Source of the DNA: Euglena gracilis
Lineage: Eukaryota
NCBI GenBank assembly: GCA_039621445.1
Contig: CP154954.1
Location: forward strand, 40,541,572 to 40,605,571
DNA: 64,000 bases
Direction: 5' to 3'
The notes beneath the pieces are model-generated. The model did no database searches, was not told where the DNA came from, and saw only the letters and a program-made list of their open reading frames with translations. Below are positions 14,518 to 28,668 of the stretch, in pieces (position 1 is the first letter of the stretch; each line of letters begins with the position of its first letter). A program made the translations under genes and the position numbers.

Positions 14518-15160
14518 CGCATGCACGCGCATGCACGTACGCATATGCACGCACAGAAGGTGCGTGGAACACACATCACATTTCGAGCGGACAAAAAAGT
14601 TTTGTGGTGGAGTTTGTGTTTTTGGTTTGTTTGTTTGTGAGAACAGGGGGCACTGACGGGAGGCAGCGGCGGCCAGGCGGCGCAGGAGTGTGGGCAAGCG
14701 AAGGAGCAGCGGCGGGCTGCGCTGTTCCCCCACCTCCACCTGCCCGCCGGTCCACTCGCTGCCAGGTGTGTGCTGCTGCATCGGCAGGAAGGGGGGCTGG
14801 GCTGTGTACAAGTGTGCGCATTCCGCTTCAGCACAAAGAAAATGGCACCAATGTCAAGAAAACATTCATGCAGCGGATTGCGAGGTTGCTCGTTTTGCAA
14901 ATCAGAAATGCTGTGCCCCCCCGATGATCTTTCGCTATTGCTAGCTTTTGGATTTTTGTAGTTGTCGAAGAGCACGGGTGTTGTTCCTTGTGGAAAATGA
15001 AGGGCATAGATTGCAAGGCACAGCCGCAGAAACTCTTTTTTGTCATGCTCTTTCGAGGGGGGGGCTTTGGGGAGGGAAACTAAAAAAATGGGCACGCCTT
15101 TGAGCGGAACATTCTGACGCCTTGCGCCAGGAGGCAACAATCCCCCCCCCTCAAGGGGTG
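13570..15160 (+). repeat. Macro-repeat block B copy 2
   Basis: Same blocks as B1. Confidence 0.85.
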
Positions 15161-17022
15161 AGAATGGAAAGCTCTGATTACAAGTGGTCCGCCACAGCCC
15201 AGCACACTGCACGCACTCCACAGCGAATGCCTGTTACCTCAGGTTTTTCGGGCTGTTTTAAAAGGTTTTTTATCTTTCTGCTTTTTTCCAAGTTTTATTT
15301 TCCAAGTGCGGCCCAAGGGCCATCGAAACGGGTCCAAATTGAAAGAAAAAAAAAGGGTTGAATTCAGCATTTTTTCTGGTTTTTTTTTGTTTGTGGGGGA
15401 GCAGATAATGTTCCAGTGACACCAGAAAGCTTTTTCCTCCCACCTCAAGCCGACTTGATTTTTTGCTGAGATTTCGCGACTTTATTTTATTTCGGCAGAT
15501 AATTTTTTACAGAGCGCTTTTTATTTTTTAGATGTTTTTATTTTAAGGCTTTTCAGCCATAAAAAATATTGAAGGCATCTAAAGGGTTCTTTACCCACCT
15601 AAAGCTCTTTTTGGGGTCTTCACCTGAAAGTTTTGAATGAAAATCTTTAACATTTTTTGTCCGTTTTCGGGTGCTAGTGAGTTGCTGGCCTGACAGAATG
15701 TGATGGGAAGATTTTTCTCGCTTAATTTTTGGAGGAGGTGCGCTTTGAGGGGATAAAAGTGCCCCCCCCCCCACTTGTCCTGGAAGCCCCCCCCCCCCTG
15801 CATCCTGGTTTCTGGGGCTCCAGTCTGGACCACAGTGTCGCTTAAAGTGTCTTTGACCCCACCCCGGGGGGGGGGGAGGGTGACTCCCAAATACATGATC
15901 CAATCTATTTAAAATTGCTCATAATGCCCATTTCAATCCAATGTATTTTTCTGATCATATATATTTCTGTTCATGGCAACCAAGCACTTATAGCGAAAAT
16001 GGCCCAACGTGGCCAAAAATAGACTAAAATAGCCTAAAATATCCTAAAATATCCCAAAATCTCTTGAAAGTAAGAAAAAATTTTTGAATCGAAAAACGAT
16101 TACAATTTCCCCACATTTCCAGCTATATTTTAGCCTGTTCGATTTTCACACTCGGAGCAACTGTCCCACAGTGCACAGATTTTTCAAGTTCTGCCATGAT
16201 TGTGTTAATGAAAGGTTTTTTTGCGTCCATCATTTCATCTGTCTTTTTGATATTTTGTCCAACATTTTTTTTCAGCAAACTTTTTCTTTGTATCAACGTT
16301 ATGATGCAGTTTTTTTTTTTGGAAAGCAACCCAAAATTGTGAATTTCAGAACCCCACCTATATTTTAAGTTGGCTTCAAATGGCCTAAAATGGGCAATTT
16401 TTGGGGGGCTTGAGTATGGGTGGTTGCCCCCCACCCGCTTGCTTGACTGGTTCCCAAAAAAAGCGAAGAATTTTCTTCCACCAATCACACCAGAAAATGA
16501 GCGCGTTTGTGTTTTTTATCCGTTTTTTGTGTATTCTACGTGAAAATTCAATTTTTTTTAAAAAAATGAGTATTGCAGGATTTCATTTCGAATAAAAATC
16601 AGGGATCTTTGAATGATTTTGGCTTGATATTGGTGCGCAGCGCCGAAGGAAAAAATTTTTCCGTTTGGGGAAGCCCTTAGACCCCCCCACGGGGAGGGTC
16701 TAATTTCAGCTTGGGCTTTATCTGGTGTCTCCGCAGAAAGCCAGTGGCTGTTTCAGCCTGGGGGGCGGAAACAGCCTGCCAGGAACACCCCCCAAGGAGA
16801 GACAGCCTTATGCATTTTTAGTCAGTTTTTTCTGGGCAGCGGACGCGACACCCCAGGATGCTCACTGCCCCCCCTCCCCAGGGATGGATGGGAAGCCCTT
16901 CGGTATTGAGGTAGGTGGTAGGGGGGGGGTCCCGACCCCCCACCCCCTAGATGTTGGGAGGGGGTGTCCAGATCCCCCCACCCCCCCCCTCCTCGGCAGG
17001 TGCCAAAAATAGAAGAAAATTT

Positions 17023-17661
17023 GGCAGCCCGAAACTACTGGGCCCCCCCGGGGGGGGAGGGCCCAGTACTTAATCTGGGGGGGGAGGTCCATCTTCTTTT
17101 ACCCCCTCAGGGCCATCTTCTTTAACCCCCCGGTCCATCTTCTTTTACCCTCTCCCCTGTCTTGCGCTCGCGCGCCGCGGCGGGGGGGGGGCGGGGAAAT
17201 CCGTGGTTGGGCGCACCACGTCTTTTTTTCGGGGGGGGGGTCGCGCTGGGTTGCGGCGGCGCGCGCGGGGGGGAGACCGAAAACAGGGCGGCGAGCGGGG
17301 GGGGGGGGCAGACACAGACGGACAGACAGAAAAGACAGACGGGAAGGACAGAGACAGAGACAGGGCGGAGAGAGGAGGGGGGGGAGGGCAGAGACAGACG
17401 GACAGACGGACAGAAAGGACCGACAGAAAAGACAGGACAGAGACAGGGCGCGGCGAGAGAGAGAGAGGAGGGGCGGCGGGGGGGGGGGAAACAGGGGAAC
17501 ACCCCCCGGCGCGGAGGGAACGGGGCAGGGGAAAGGGGGGGGGGTCCCTCTTCTTTACCCCCGGGGGGTCCATCTTCTTTAAGGCGGGGGGGTCCGACTA
17601 CCCCCCCGGATTAAGTACTGGGCCCTCCCCCCCCGGGGGGGCCCAGTAGTTTCGGGCTGCC
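17023..17661. mobile_element. Long-TIR foldback element with internal GACA/GACG repeats
   Basis: TIR GGCAGCCCGAAACTACTGGGCCC...; TSD GAAAATTT. Confidence 0.85.
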
Positions 17662-17837
17662 GAAAATTTTCTTCCGGCGCGCAGCGCCGGAAAATGAGCA
17701 AAAACACCACTTTTGCTGAATTTTGGACATATTGCCCATTTTTTGATGATGTGTTGGTGTTTTACCCCCAAAAAATGTTCAAAAGATTCCAAGAAAATGA
17801 GCATTTTTGGATCGATTTTCAAAGAAAAATCTGGGAT

Positions 17838-18308
17838 CATACATCTCTCTAAGGTTTTGCGAACCCCCCCCCCCCGGGGGGGGGCTGCTGCAGCCAGCCC
17901 CGATTTGGGCCCAGCCCAGCCGCAGCAGCACCCCCCCCTGGGGGGGGGTGCTGCTAGCCCAGCTAGCCAGCCCCTTTTTGGGGGGTCCAGCCCAAAATTT
18001 TTCGGCGCGAAGCGCCGAAAATTTTTGAAAAAATGTGTTCAAAAGTGGCCAAAAATGGGGTTTGGGGGGCGTTTGGGGCATTTTTGGGGGGTTTCAGATG
18101 CATCATTTTTTCAAAACTGTGTTCTGCAGGTCATTTTTGGGCATTTTTCCGATTTCAGTCCAGCTCGCCCCGGTTCGGGTCCAGCCGAGGTCCAGCCCCC
18201 CCCCCCCCCCGGGGGGGGGCGGGCTAGCCAGCCCAAATTTCTAGCTAGCCCAAATTTCTAGCCCTAGCCCAGCAACCCCCCCCCCCGGGGTCCTTAAAGA
18301 GATGTATG
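17838..18308. mobile_element. hAT-like MITE family 1 copy
   Basis: TSD TCTGGGAT; empty paralogous site near 29602. Confidence 0.92.
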
Positions 18309-18469
18309 TCTGGGATTTTTGACCGATTTCGACCTGATTTCCGGCCTTTTGCCCGTCCATGAAATTGAAATTTTTTCGGCCCCTCCTCAGTTTCGAGGTA
18401 GGAGGGGAGGTCCGACCCCCCCCCCCCCAAGGCTTCCCATCCATCCCTGCCCCTCCCCCAATCCCCCCC

Positions 18470-20900
18470 CCCCTCTCATTGGTGTGCAGGGCGAGACAAG
18501 GAGCACCGGAATTTCGCCGCCGGAGCACCGGGACAACGCGGCCGGGTGGCAGCGCGGCGGGGAAGGAGGCCAGCGCCGGCACGGTGGTCTGCATGGCCAC
18601 CGCTTTGGGTGGTGCAAATGGTTTCGCAACCCAATCCCTACAGCCCCCCCCCCCCACATGCCGGTCCCACCACCACTGCTTGCCACCCCCGCTGGACGAA
18701 TGTAGAGGACAGGCACTGTACGCCCGATTTTTTTTGTGAGGGGGGTTGAACAGCCGGAAGCAACGGGGCGCCCGTGGGAAATTTCACTGTCCCCCCCCCG
18801 TTGATTTCTTGGAAAATGCAAACCGTGCAAAACCGTGGCCGGCAGTGCATGGCACGCAAATGCAGAGGGCAATGCTTTTTGCTGCCCGTTGTATTTTTGG
18901 GGTCCTGCCGGCCCATGTGCGGCCGCCACCAGGCACATGATGACATGACCCCGCCAGGCACTTATAGTCGGAGGCCAGCAGAGAATGAGAATGAGAACCG
19001 GTGTGATGGTCACTCATGGCCAGGTCGGTGCTTAGGCCATTTGGGCCCCCCTTTGCCTTTGCCGCCATCCTTTGGCAGCCCTCGACCTCTTTCCTCCATA
19101 GGCCGCACTAATCTGACTAGGCCTCTGTTTGCTGTCTTGCTGCACCTTTGCTTTGGTGCTGCAGCTCGCTGGGGCTGTCTAACGTGCTCCCCCATTGTGC
19201 TTCGTCTGCTTTGCTTGGAACTCCTGTGCTCTTGCTTGCGACCTCTGCCCTGGGCCTGTTGTAGTCCTGCCCTGTTTCTTGGACCGATCGGGTCCGCGGC
19301 TGCACACCTGCAATGGCCAGCAGGCCTTCTGCCACCACCTGCGTGAGGTTTCGGGCTGGACTATAGGCGCCTGGCCATCGCGTGTGTCCTGATCCTACTG
19401 ACTCATATGCCCCCATGGGGTGATGCTTGGTGGCGGCCAGCACTGGGCCAGGGCAAACCCAGCACAACCCGGCCCCCCTCCCGGAGTAAGCCCCAATCCC
19501 CCCCTTTTTAATGGACGGGCCACCCCGGACACGGAAGCGTCCACAACCGCAGGGATGGAAAGGTTCAGTGTTTTGGTGTAATAAGGCTTACTAAGATTGC
19601 AAATATGCCGCAGCTTCCAAAAATAAATCGGTGGCCAGATGACAGCTGCGGCTGCCAGAAGCGATGGCTGTGGCTGCTGGAAGCGGTGGCTGCTGCGGCA
19701 GAGGTGGATGGCGGCTCGAGCGCGAGAGGTATGCTCCTCTCTGCCAAGAGAAATGTTGGGCCTCCCACTGAGAAAGCAATGGCCGGGATATGGCGGGGCT
19801 GTGTTGACTGGGGTCGTACCTGTCAGAGGCTGCCGTTCCCACTGAGGTGGGTTGCTGGGTGAGGTGGGGGTCCATGGGGGCGGTGACGCACTTTCCCCGG
19901 GTGACTGATTGTGTCGTTTCAGCCGAAGAGGACCCCATCCCCCAGGGTTGTCTGGGAAGCTCCGCAGACATGAGGTAGGTGGCATCCCCTCATCCCCCTT
20001 ATCCCCTCCTAGGTGGATAAGGTGGTGGGGTGTGGGTCCTCCCCACCCCCCTCCCCCTCCTCTGCGGGGGGCAATAAGAAATCCTCTGGCGCTGCGCACC
20101 GGGTGTACTCTCTTGAAGGTCAATATAAAATTTGGGCAAAATGGACAAAATTGGACGAAAAATGGTCGTAACTCGGGCCAGGTGGGGAGTTCTGGGGAAA
20201 CCAAAATACTGTTAGATAGGGCATATTCAGGGCTCCAGACAGTTCTTTTGATTCCCCACCATTTTTGAGAAGTTTCACAAAAAAAATTTTTTACCCAAAA
20301 AACGGCCGAAATTTTCGGCGACCGATAACTGGGGGTAGGAGGGGGGTCCCCCCACCCCCTCCCCCCTAGTTTTGAAAGGGGGTCCCCCCCCACCTCCTCC
20401 GAGATTCCCATACAACCCTGCCGTCCCCGTCCCCCCCCCCGGATTTTTTTGTTTTTGGAAATGCAAAAAGGGGCCGAAAACAGGCTGGAACAGGTCCTCC
20501 GTTTTTGTGTAAAAAATTTTTGCATAAAATTTCTGGCAGTTTTTTTTAGTGCACTTTTTGCGGTTTCGGTTCCCTGGTGCCTGGTTTGACGCTTGGTCAG
20601 GTGCAGGTTGGGGACCACCTGGCAACTTTTTTTATCCAGCCAGCTCAAGATTGTTAGCCTCCTCTGCTTGGCCAGGAGTGGTAGGGCCGTAGATTCATTA
20701 AATGCCCCCCACCAGCAAGTTTTATTGTTTTCAAGCGCTTTGCTTTCAGATGCGCAAAAAATGGGCCAAAATGGGCTGGCAAGGTGAAGTTGTGCTTTTG
20801 CATAATTGGCATTTTGCAGGGGCGAAGGCAAAATGCATTTTTTTTGTGGTTTCTTGCGTCTTTCGATTTTGGCATGGATTGAGGTTTTTTTTTGCGGTTT
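18470..20900 (+). repeat. Macro-repeat core, copy A3
   Basis: Same blocks and order as A1. Confidence 0.88.
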
Positions 20901-21306
20901 TTTTTCATCATTTCAAAAAAAAACTCAAAAAACTGTGTTCAAAAAACTGTGTACAAAGTGCTCAGTGCGTTTTTTCCAGTGTCTTTTGGCTAGCCAGCAC
21001 CCCCCGGAGGGTCTTTAAGCAGGCTTACAGTACGGTCCCGTTCAGCAGGCTTACTTGCGGTACACCCCCGTTCTCGGTGGTGTGCAGGGCGAGGACGTCC
21101 CCGGGGAGACCAGACTTCGCCGCCGCCGGAGCACCGGGATGGCGCGGCGGCCTGCCTGGTGTGGATGGTTTCGCAACCCAACCCACAACCCCCCCCCCCC
21201 CTTACGCATGCAGCTCCCAACACCACTGGATGAACGTGGATGGCCGAGCGCTTGATTAGATGATTAGGTGCACCAAGGCCCTCACAAACAATCTGGACAG
21301 CTGCTG

Positions 21307-22916
21307 CTTAGGCGGCCTAATTCGCACTTAAGCTTTTTTCGTTTGATGCGCGCATTTGCGCAAATTTACGATTTTTTTTGATTGTGCTCTGTTTCAGCTG
21401 TGAAGGTCCGGGTGGTTTTAAAACACGTGAACAAGAGAGTGCAAAAAATGATCGAAATTCTGTTTTTGGCTGGGAGACCCCCGGGACTTTGGCGAAAAAC
21501 AGTGATTTTTGGGGGTGTCGGGAAGGACTTTGTGGGCCCAAACCTACGGGACCCTGCCGGCCCACCCTGAAAAAAACGCAAAAAAGCACCATAGGAACGG
21601 GACCTTTACTGCCCCTGTTGCTCCTTTCGGCTGTGTCCCCGGGTGTGTCCGAGCTGCCGGCGTTGTGCGTCCTGGGTGTTTGCCGGACTGCTTTGCTTGC
21701 GGCGCCTTGGTGTAGTGTTTTGGGGCTGTTTGTTAAAGTGCAGGGAGGAAGTGCTGGGGTGTGTGGGTGTGGTGTGACCGAGCCGGCGACAAGGACACAG
21801 GGGAAGGAAGGTGAGTGTGGGGTGTTTGGTAAAGGATGTGCAGAGGGGGAAGGAACGGGGTCCGCAGGGAATGAAGGGAATAAAGGGGACGGGTTCTCCC
21901 ACGCGGCTTATACCCAGGACCCACACAACCAGTTGTGTGGCAAAGAACCCTGCAGAAGAAGCCCAACACTGGAAGGACAAAATTACGTTTGATGCGCGCA
22001 ATTGCGCGCATCAACATGTTTATGTTGATGCGCGCAATTGCGCGCATCAAACGTAATTTTGTCTCCACGAACTGACGCTGCTGATAAACGGTGTGACAAA
22101 GAGGCCGTGACGGCACGGACTGACGGGCCATCCAGTTAGTGGGTTTGCCACACTGTTTGTCAACGCGCAAGCTTATGGGCGCAAATGCGCGCATCAAACA
22201 CAAAACATTTTTATGCGCGCATTTGCGCAAATGCGCGCATAAACATGTTTTGTGTTTGATGCGCGCATTTGCGCAAATGAACGCAAAGAAGAACGGTGTG
22301 ACAGAAACACAGCCGTCAAACGCCGACAGCGGAAGTGGTTTACTTGCGCACTTGCGCGCATCACGTTGTTTGTGGGCGCAAATGCGCAAATAAAACAGAT
22401 GTAAATTGTTCAGTTTACATCTGTTTTATTTGCGCACTTGCGTCCATAAAACAGCGTGATGCGCGCAAATGCGCAAATAAACCACCAATGGAGGAGTAAT
22501 AAGTGACTTCCTTTGGCGCTCCTACAGCCACCCTTAGTGGCTTCTGAGTGGGTTCAACCCAAATGACTACACCGTCTCCTCCGGTATATGGTGTTATGCT
22601 GCCGTTTTTGGACCATCGACAGGCCCGGCAAAAGATGGAGACATAGCATCTTTTGATGGTGGGTGCACAGCCACCCAGTGACGGTGCACGTCCACCGGCA
22701 CCAGTCTCACCCTCAGCCCTATTAACGTCACCTGGTAAACAGCATGCACACCAGACCACTGGGAGTTAATCCCCTCCAATACAGGGGTGTAACGGTTCTT
22801 AAATCGTGTTCTGGGTGTCAGGGTACAGGGTCCCAGGGGTTACAAAAAAATCGTAAATTTGCGCAATTACGCGCATCAAAAGGAAAAAAGCTTAAGTGCG
22901 AATTCGGCCGCCTAAG
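21307..22916. mobile_element. 1.6-kb TIR element rich in TGCGCGCA motifs
   Basis: TIR CTTAGGCGGCC(T/G)AATTCGCACTTAAGCTTTT; TGCTG duplicated relative to the empty site near 6765. Confidence 0.88.
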
Positions 22917-23099
22917 TGCTGGCCAGCCGGACTCCCACCCTGGACCCCAAGGGGAGGTTTTTCTTTATGTTTTTCTGGGGTATTTTAAAGCATTTCGGCC
23001 AAACATGATTCATCATCAAAGGCTTTTTTTTTGCGTTTTCTGAAGGCATTTTTGCCAAATGTCTTTTTGGAATGGGGCCCCCCGGTCTTAAAAAAACCC

Positions 23100-24420
23100 C
23101 TGCTCCCCACACCCCTCCCTCGGCACTCAGGTGCTCTCCAAGAAGGAGAGAAGGAGGAGGAAAAGAAGAAAGGAAAAGGAGAAGAAGAGGGAAGGAGGAG
23201 AAGAAGGAAAATGAAGGAAAATAAGGAAGAAGAAGAAGAAGAAAAATATGATGACGATGATGATCAGAAGAAGACGGAAGAAGACAAAAAAAGCTTGAGA
23301 AGGAAGAAGAAAAAGAAGCAGGAGGTTTTCTCCAAGCAATTTCTGAGGACTTTCTACAAGACCATCATACCAGCAAAAGTCAAAAGGACACCGAGGAGGA
23401 GGAAGGATGAAGATAGAAGAAGCAAGAAGAAATAACAAAAAGAAGACAACAAAAAAGAAGGCCAAGGAGAAGGAGAAGAAGAAAAATGAAGGGAAAAAGA
23501 CGGAGGAAGAATTGAGCATATGCTGGAATGAGAGGAAAGAAGGAAGAAGAAGGAAAAAGTGGAAAGAAGTTGAAGGAAGAAGAACGAATGATCGAAGATG
23601 GAACGAACAATCGAGGAAACAAAGATGAGGAAGCCATTGCCATCCCAACACCCACCTCGCCCCTGCCAGCCCAGTGCGCCGTATCACCACAAAACAGCTT
23701 GAGGTTGACTGTTATTTTATGAATTGGATGTATTGTTCTTTCCCTGCTGGTGTCTATGCAATGCAGGACCAAAGCTGAGCATGTTTTTTTTTGAGGAAGT
23801 TTGCACACACCCACACCCACACACACAAACACACACACACGCGCGCGCACGCATGCACACACGCACGCATGCACATACATGTGCCCACACACACACGCAC
23901 ACAGGCACGCACATGCGCGCGCACACGCATGCATATGCACATACAGAAGGTGTGTGGAACACACATCACATTCCGAGCGGTCAATGGGCAAGATACTTTG
24001 TGGTGGAGTTTGTGTTTTTGGTTTGTGTGTTTGTTTGTGTGAGCAAGGGGGCACTGACGGGAGGCAGTGGCGGCCAGAAGGCGCCGCAGCGGGGGTAAGC
24101 GAAGGAGCGGCGGCGGGCTGCGCTGTCCCCCACCTCCACCTGCCTGCCGGTCCACTCGCTGCCAGGTGTGTGCTGCTGCATCAGTGGGATGGGGGGCTGG
24201 GCTGTGTACGAGTGTGCGCATTCCGTTTTACGAGAATGAAAATGACGCCAATGCCAAGAAAAAATTGATGCAGCGGATTGCCAGGTTGCCCGTTTTGCAA
24301 ATCAGAGATGCTGTGCCCCCCCCCGATGATCTTTCTTTTTTGCTAGTTTTTGGATTTTTTTTTGTCGTTGATGAAGAGCACCGGTGTTGTGTGGACCAAG
24401 AAGGGCATAGTTTGCAAGGC
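23100..24420 (+). repeat. Macro-repeat block B copy 3
   Basis: Same blocks as B1. Confidence 0.85.
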
Positions 24421-25337
24421 GGGGGGGGGGGGGGGGGGGGTGGGGGGGGGGGGCATCAGGATGTTCCGCCTGAGGTTGTGCCCCATTTGGGTTCAGTGGG
24501 GCAGCGGTGGGGACCAGGCCGTATTTTAGTCGGGTGCCGACCCCACCCCGGGGGGTGCCTGCCTGGGCAGGCGGGGGGGGGGGGTAGGGCACTTGGCTAA
24601 ATGTGGCTCCCGGATCTGGCCTGGAGGGGGGAGGGGTTGTGGGCCGACCCTAGGGTCGGCCCACGGTCGCCAAAGGTCGCTATGGGTCTTTTTTGCCATG
24701 TAGCGGCGTAGGCAACTGTTCCAGGGCCCTAAAATAACTAAATCCCTTGTGTGTACAACTCCTGTTGTGTGTAAGTTGCGCTAATTTGCCGTGGAGTGCA
24801 TTTTTTGACATCGACCCACCCACGACCTTTGGCGACCCTGGCGACCTTTGGCGACCTTTGTGGGTCCCCCGGGACCCCCCTGGGGGGGCCCCCCAGGGGG
24901 TGGGTGGGTGGGGGGGACCCCCCCCCCCGGTCTTAAAAAAAAACCCCTGGTGTGCTCCCCCTGAAACCGACCCCCCGTCTAAACCCACCCCTTCCAGGAT
25001 TTCCGTCAACCCAAAAGTCGTAAACCGACGGATCGGTTTAAATGGGGGGGGGTTAATTTTAGGCCTAATTTGTACACCTTCCGCCAATCTATAAGTTGGG
25101 CCGAACGTTAAACCGAACTCGTAACCCTAACCCTTTTCTATCAATTCTGCAAAGGTTTTTTGATGACCCAGCAGATTTTATTTGCCCCCTCCCCCTGGGG
25201 GGCCAAGCACCATGGCCATTGGAGGGGGCAGTTAAAAGGTTGCTGCCATATGTGTACAAATTTTTTACAATATACACAATATAAAAACATGCATTACGTT
25301 GTACATATAAATTCTGGGTTTTTTGCATCCATCATTC

Positions 25338-26830
25338 CACCTGTCTTTTTTGATACTTGCCAGTGGACGACCCCTGCGGACCCTGAGCAGAAGCCTGCCT
25401 GGAACCCCCCTCAAGGGGAGCCAGCCAGCGCTTTGTTGATTTATGGTAAGTTTTTTTCCGGGCAGCGAACGAGACACCCCAGGACGCTCACTGCCCCCCC
25501 CCTCCCTCCCCCAATCCCCCTCCCTCATTGGTGTGCAGGGCGAGGACGTCCCCGGGATGCTGGCGGCCCAGACCAGATTTCGCCGCCGCCGGAGCACCGG
25601 GGACGGCGCGTCGGGCCGGCAGCGCGGCGGGGAAGGAGGCCAGCGCCGGTGCGGTGGTCTGCCTGGCCACCGCTTTTGGTGGTGCGAATGGTTTTGCAAC
25701 CCAATCCCTAGCCCCCCCCCCCCCCGCTGGATGAACGTGGAGGACAGGCACTGTACGCCCGATTTTTTTTGTGAGGGGGGCTGAACAGCCGGAAGCAACG
25801 GGGCGATCGGGAAATTTTCCTGTCCCCCCCCCCCAGTTGATTTCTTGGAAAATGTAAGCCCGTGCAAAACCGTGGCCGGCAGTGCATGGCACGCAAATGC
25901 AGAGGGCAATGCTTTTTGCTGCCCGTTGTATTTTTGGGGTCCCGCCAGCCCATGTGCGGCCGCCACCGGGCACATGATGACATGACCCTGCCAGGCACTT
26001 ATAGTCGTAGGCCAGCAGGGGACGGGAAAGGGGTGAGAATGAGAATGAGAACCGGTGTGATGGTCGCTCGTGGCCAGGTCGGTGCTTAGGCCATTTGGCC
26101 CCACTTGCCTTTGCCGCCATTCTTCGGCTGCCCTCGACCTCTTTCCTCCATAGGCCGCACAAGCTGACTAGGCCTCTGTTTGCTGTCTTGCTGCACCTTT
26201 GCTTTGGTGCTGCAGCTTGCTGGGGCTGTCTAACGTGCTCCCCCATTGTGCTCCGTCTGCTTTGCTTGGAACTCCTATGTTCTTGCCATCTGCTTGTGAC
26301 CTCTGCCCTGGGCCTGTTGTGGTCCTGCCCTGTTTCTTGGACCGATCGGGTCCGCGGCTGCACACCTGCAATGGCCAGCAGGCCTTCTGCCACCACCTGC
26401 GTGAGGTTTCAGGCTGGACTATAGGCGCCTGGCCATCGCGTGTGTCCTGATCCCACTGACTCATATGCCCCCATGGGGTGATGCTTGGTGGCGGCCAGCA
26501 CTGGGCCAGGGCAAACCCAGCACAGTCTCGGTCCCAAAAAGTGGCCCCAACCCCCCCCCCCCCCGGAGAGAGCCCCAATCCCCTCCCATTCTGGGACGGG
26601 CCAACAGAAAGGTTCAGTGTTTGGTGCAATGAGGTTTATTAAGAGTTCACCAGATATCATGAATATGATATCTGCGGCTGCCAGAAGCGGTAGCTGTGGC
26701 GGCAGAGGCGGGCGGCATCACGAGCGCGGATGTGGCAGCAGAGGTATGTGCCACACTGCAGTTGTGTTCGTCCATTGGTGAAATGGGGCCCTCCTCAAAA
26801 GAGGGAAATGATGCGCATCCCGCCTACAAG
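25338..26830 (+). repeat. Macro-repeat core, copy A4 (within the 24858-27004 duplication)
   Basis: Flanks near-identical to 34077-36213. Confidence 0.88.
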
Positions 26831-28391
26831 TGGTTTGTTTTATATTTTCATCCACTCAAAAGGTTTCGGTCCACCAATTTTCGGTGATTTTTGGTGGGTG
26901 GGTCGGCTCAGAAGGCTCCCAAGGGTTGTGCGGCGGCATGGGTTTTTTTTTAAAAAAAACGGTTGGGTTAGGACTTGGGATAGTCCCCCCGGGGGGATCA
27001 CACATGAGATTATGGTTGACTCCCCTTTTGTCCCCATTTGACTTGGGGTGTCATGTTTCGATATCAGGAGGGTGTTGTGTGGGGTGTGGGCGGATCATCA
27101 CTGCTTTTTTTTTTGGCCAGATGGTGGCGAGCAGAAATGTTTTTCAGCGCCATTTTTTAAAGGGGTTAGGAGGTTCCACCCATGTTTTGGGGTTTGGCTG
27201 ACTAAGGTTTTGCGCGTGGGTTTTTTTTCGGTGGTTAGGGGGGTGGGGTTGGTTTGGGGGGGGTTTCCCCCCCCACTGTTGGGTCCCCATTTTTGGGTTT
27301 CCCTTGGGGGATGTGGGGGTGAGTGTTGCCCCACCCGGGGGTGTCCCGGGGGGTGGGGGTGGGCCGGGGGGTATTTTTTTTAGCATTGGGGGGGGGGGGT
27401 GGGAAGGGGGGTGTTTTTTTTTTTTTTATTTTTAACATTTTCCCCGATTTTTGGCCATTTTAGGGGAAAAGTGGGTGGGACCCCCCCCCCCAGGGGGTGG
27501 GGGAGGCCCCCGGTTTTTTAAAAGATCCCTGGTCTGGACCGCCCCAAAATGTTCAGAGCTTTCCTTCCGCGCTTTGCCCCGAAAACTTTGGGCCATTCCA
27601 GCAAATTTTTGCACAAAAAATGCCCATTTTTTGACCGTTGGGGGGGGGGAGGACAGAAGTTTTCCGCCCAGCACTTTGCGCCGGGCCGAAAATCAGCACC
27701 CAAACCGGATTGTGCCACTGTTTAGCGGGGGGAGGGGTGGGGGTCCAACTCCCCCCTCCTGCTTTTATTGAAGCACCCCTTGGCACCAAAAAGAATCTTC
27801 TCCGGCGTTTCATTTGGGATTTGGTTTGGGAGATGAATTTTCTGGCGTATGTTTTTCACGGGGGGTCGAAGTTATCTGTATGAAAACACGATTTGGGGTA
27901 TTTTTAACCCCCCCCCCAAGTTTCTGGTGTTGCATGCTGGAAACTTTTAGTCCAGAGGGTTCTGATCCACCCCCATTAACCCCTGGTCACCCCTGGCGGA
28001 TTGGGACTGCACAGAATATTTTTTTTAGAATAAATGGCCAGAGTCAAGTGCTTTTTTTTTGTGTGGCCAGAGTGAGCACCCCCCCCCCCCCCCCCCCCGA
28101 ATTCACAAGCAACAACTGATTGCATTTCACAAAATGGCGATTTGCTTTTTTGAGAAGTTAGGAATGGTTGGCAATGGAGTGTGGGGGGTTATTTGCACGT
28201 GTTTGTATGCGGTTTTGGTTGTGGTGTCCCTCCATCCCCCGTACACACGGGTTCCCGCATTCGCCCCCCTCCATTCCATTTCCCCAAGGGGGGTCCAGCC
28301 AAGCCTGCCTGCATTATTTCCAGCCAGGAGCCCCCAACCGGGCTGTGGACCCACCCTCAGGGTCCACTGAAATACTCCGCTGGGGACCAAC

Positions 28392-28668
28392 CAGGCTTCT
28401 TTTTAAGTCACCTGACCCCCCCCCCCCTGGGGGAGGGGGGGTGGGTGGGTGGGTCCGGGCCGGACCCCCCCGGGGGGGGGGGGTCCCGCGCCGGAGGCGC
28501 TGGGTATACCTTTTCGGCGCGAAGTTTCGGCCGGAAATTTTTGAAAATTGCCTTTAACGGGCCCGATTTTGGGGGGGTCCCCGCCCCCCCCCCCCTCCGG
28601 GGGGGTCCCGCGCCACCCTGGGTGGGTGGGGGGGGGGACCCCCCCCGGGGGTCTTAAAAAGAAGCCTG
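28392..28668. mobile_element. hAT-like MITE family 3 (TIR CAGG..TTTTTAAG)
   Basis: TSD GGACCAAC. Confidence 0.88.
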
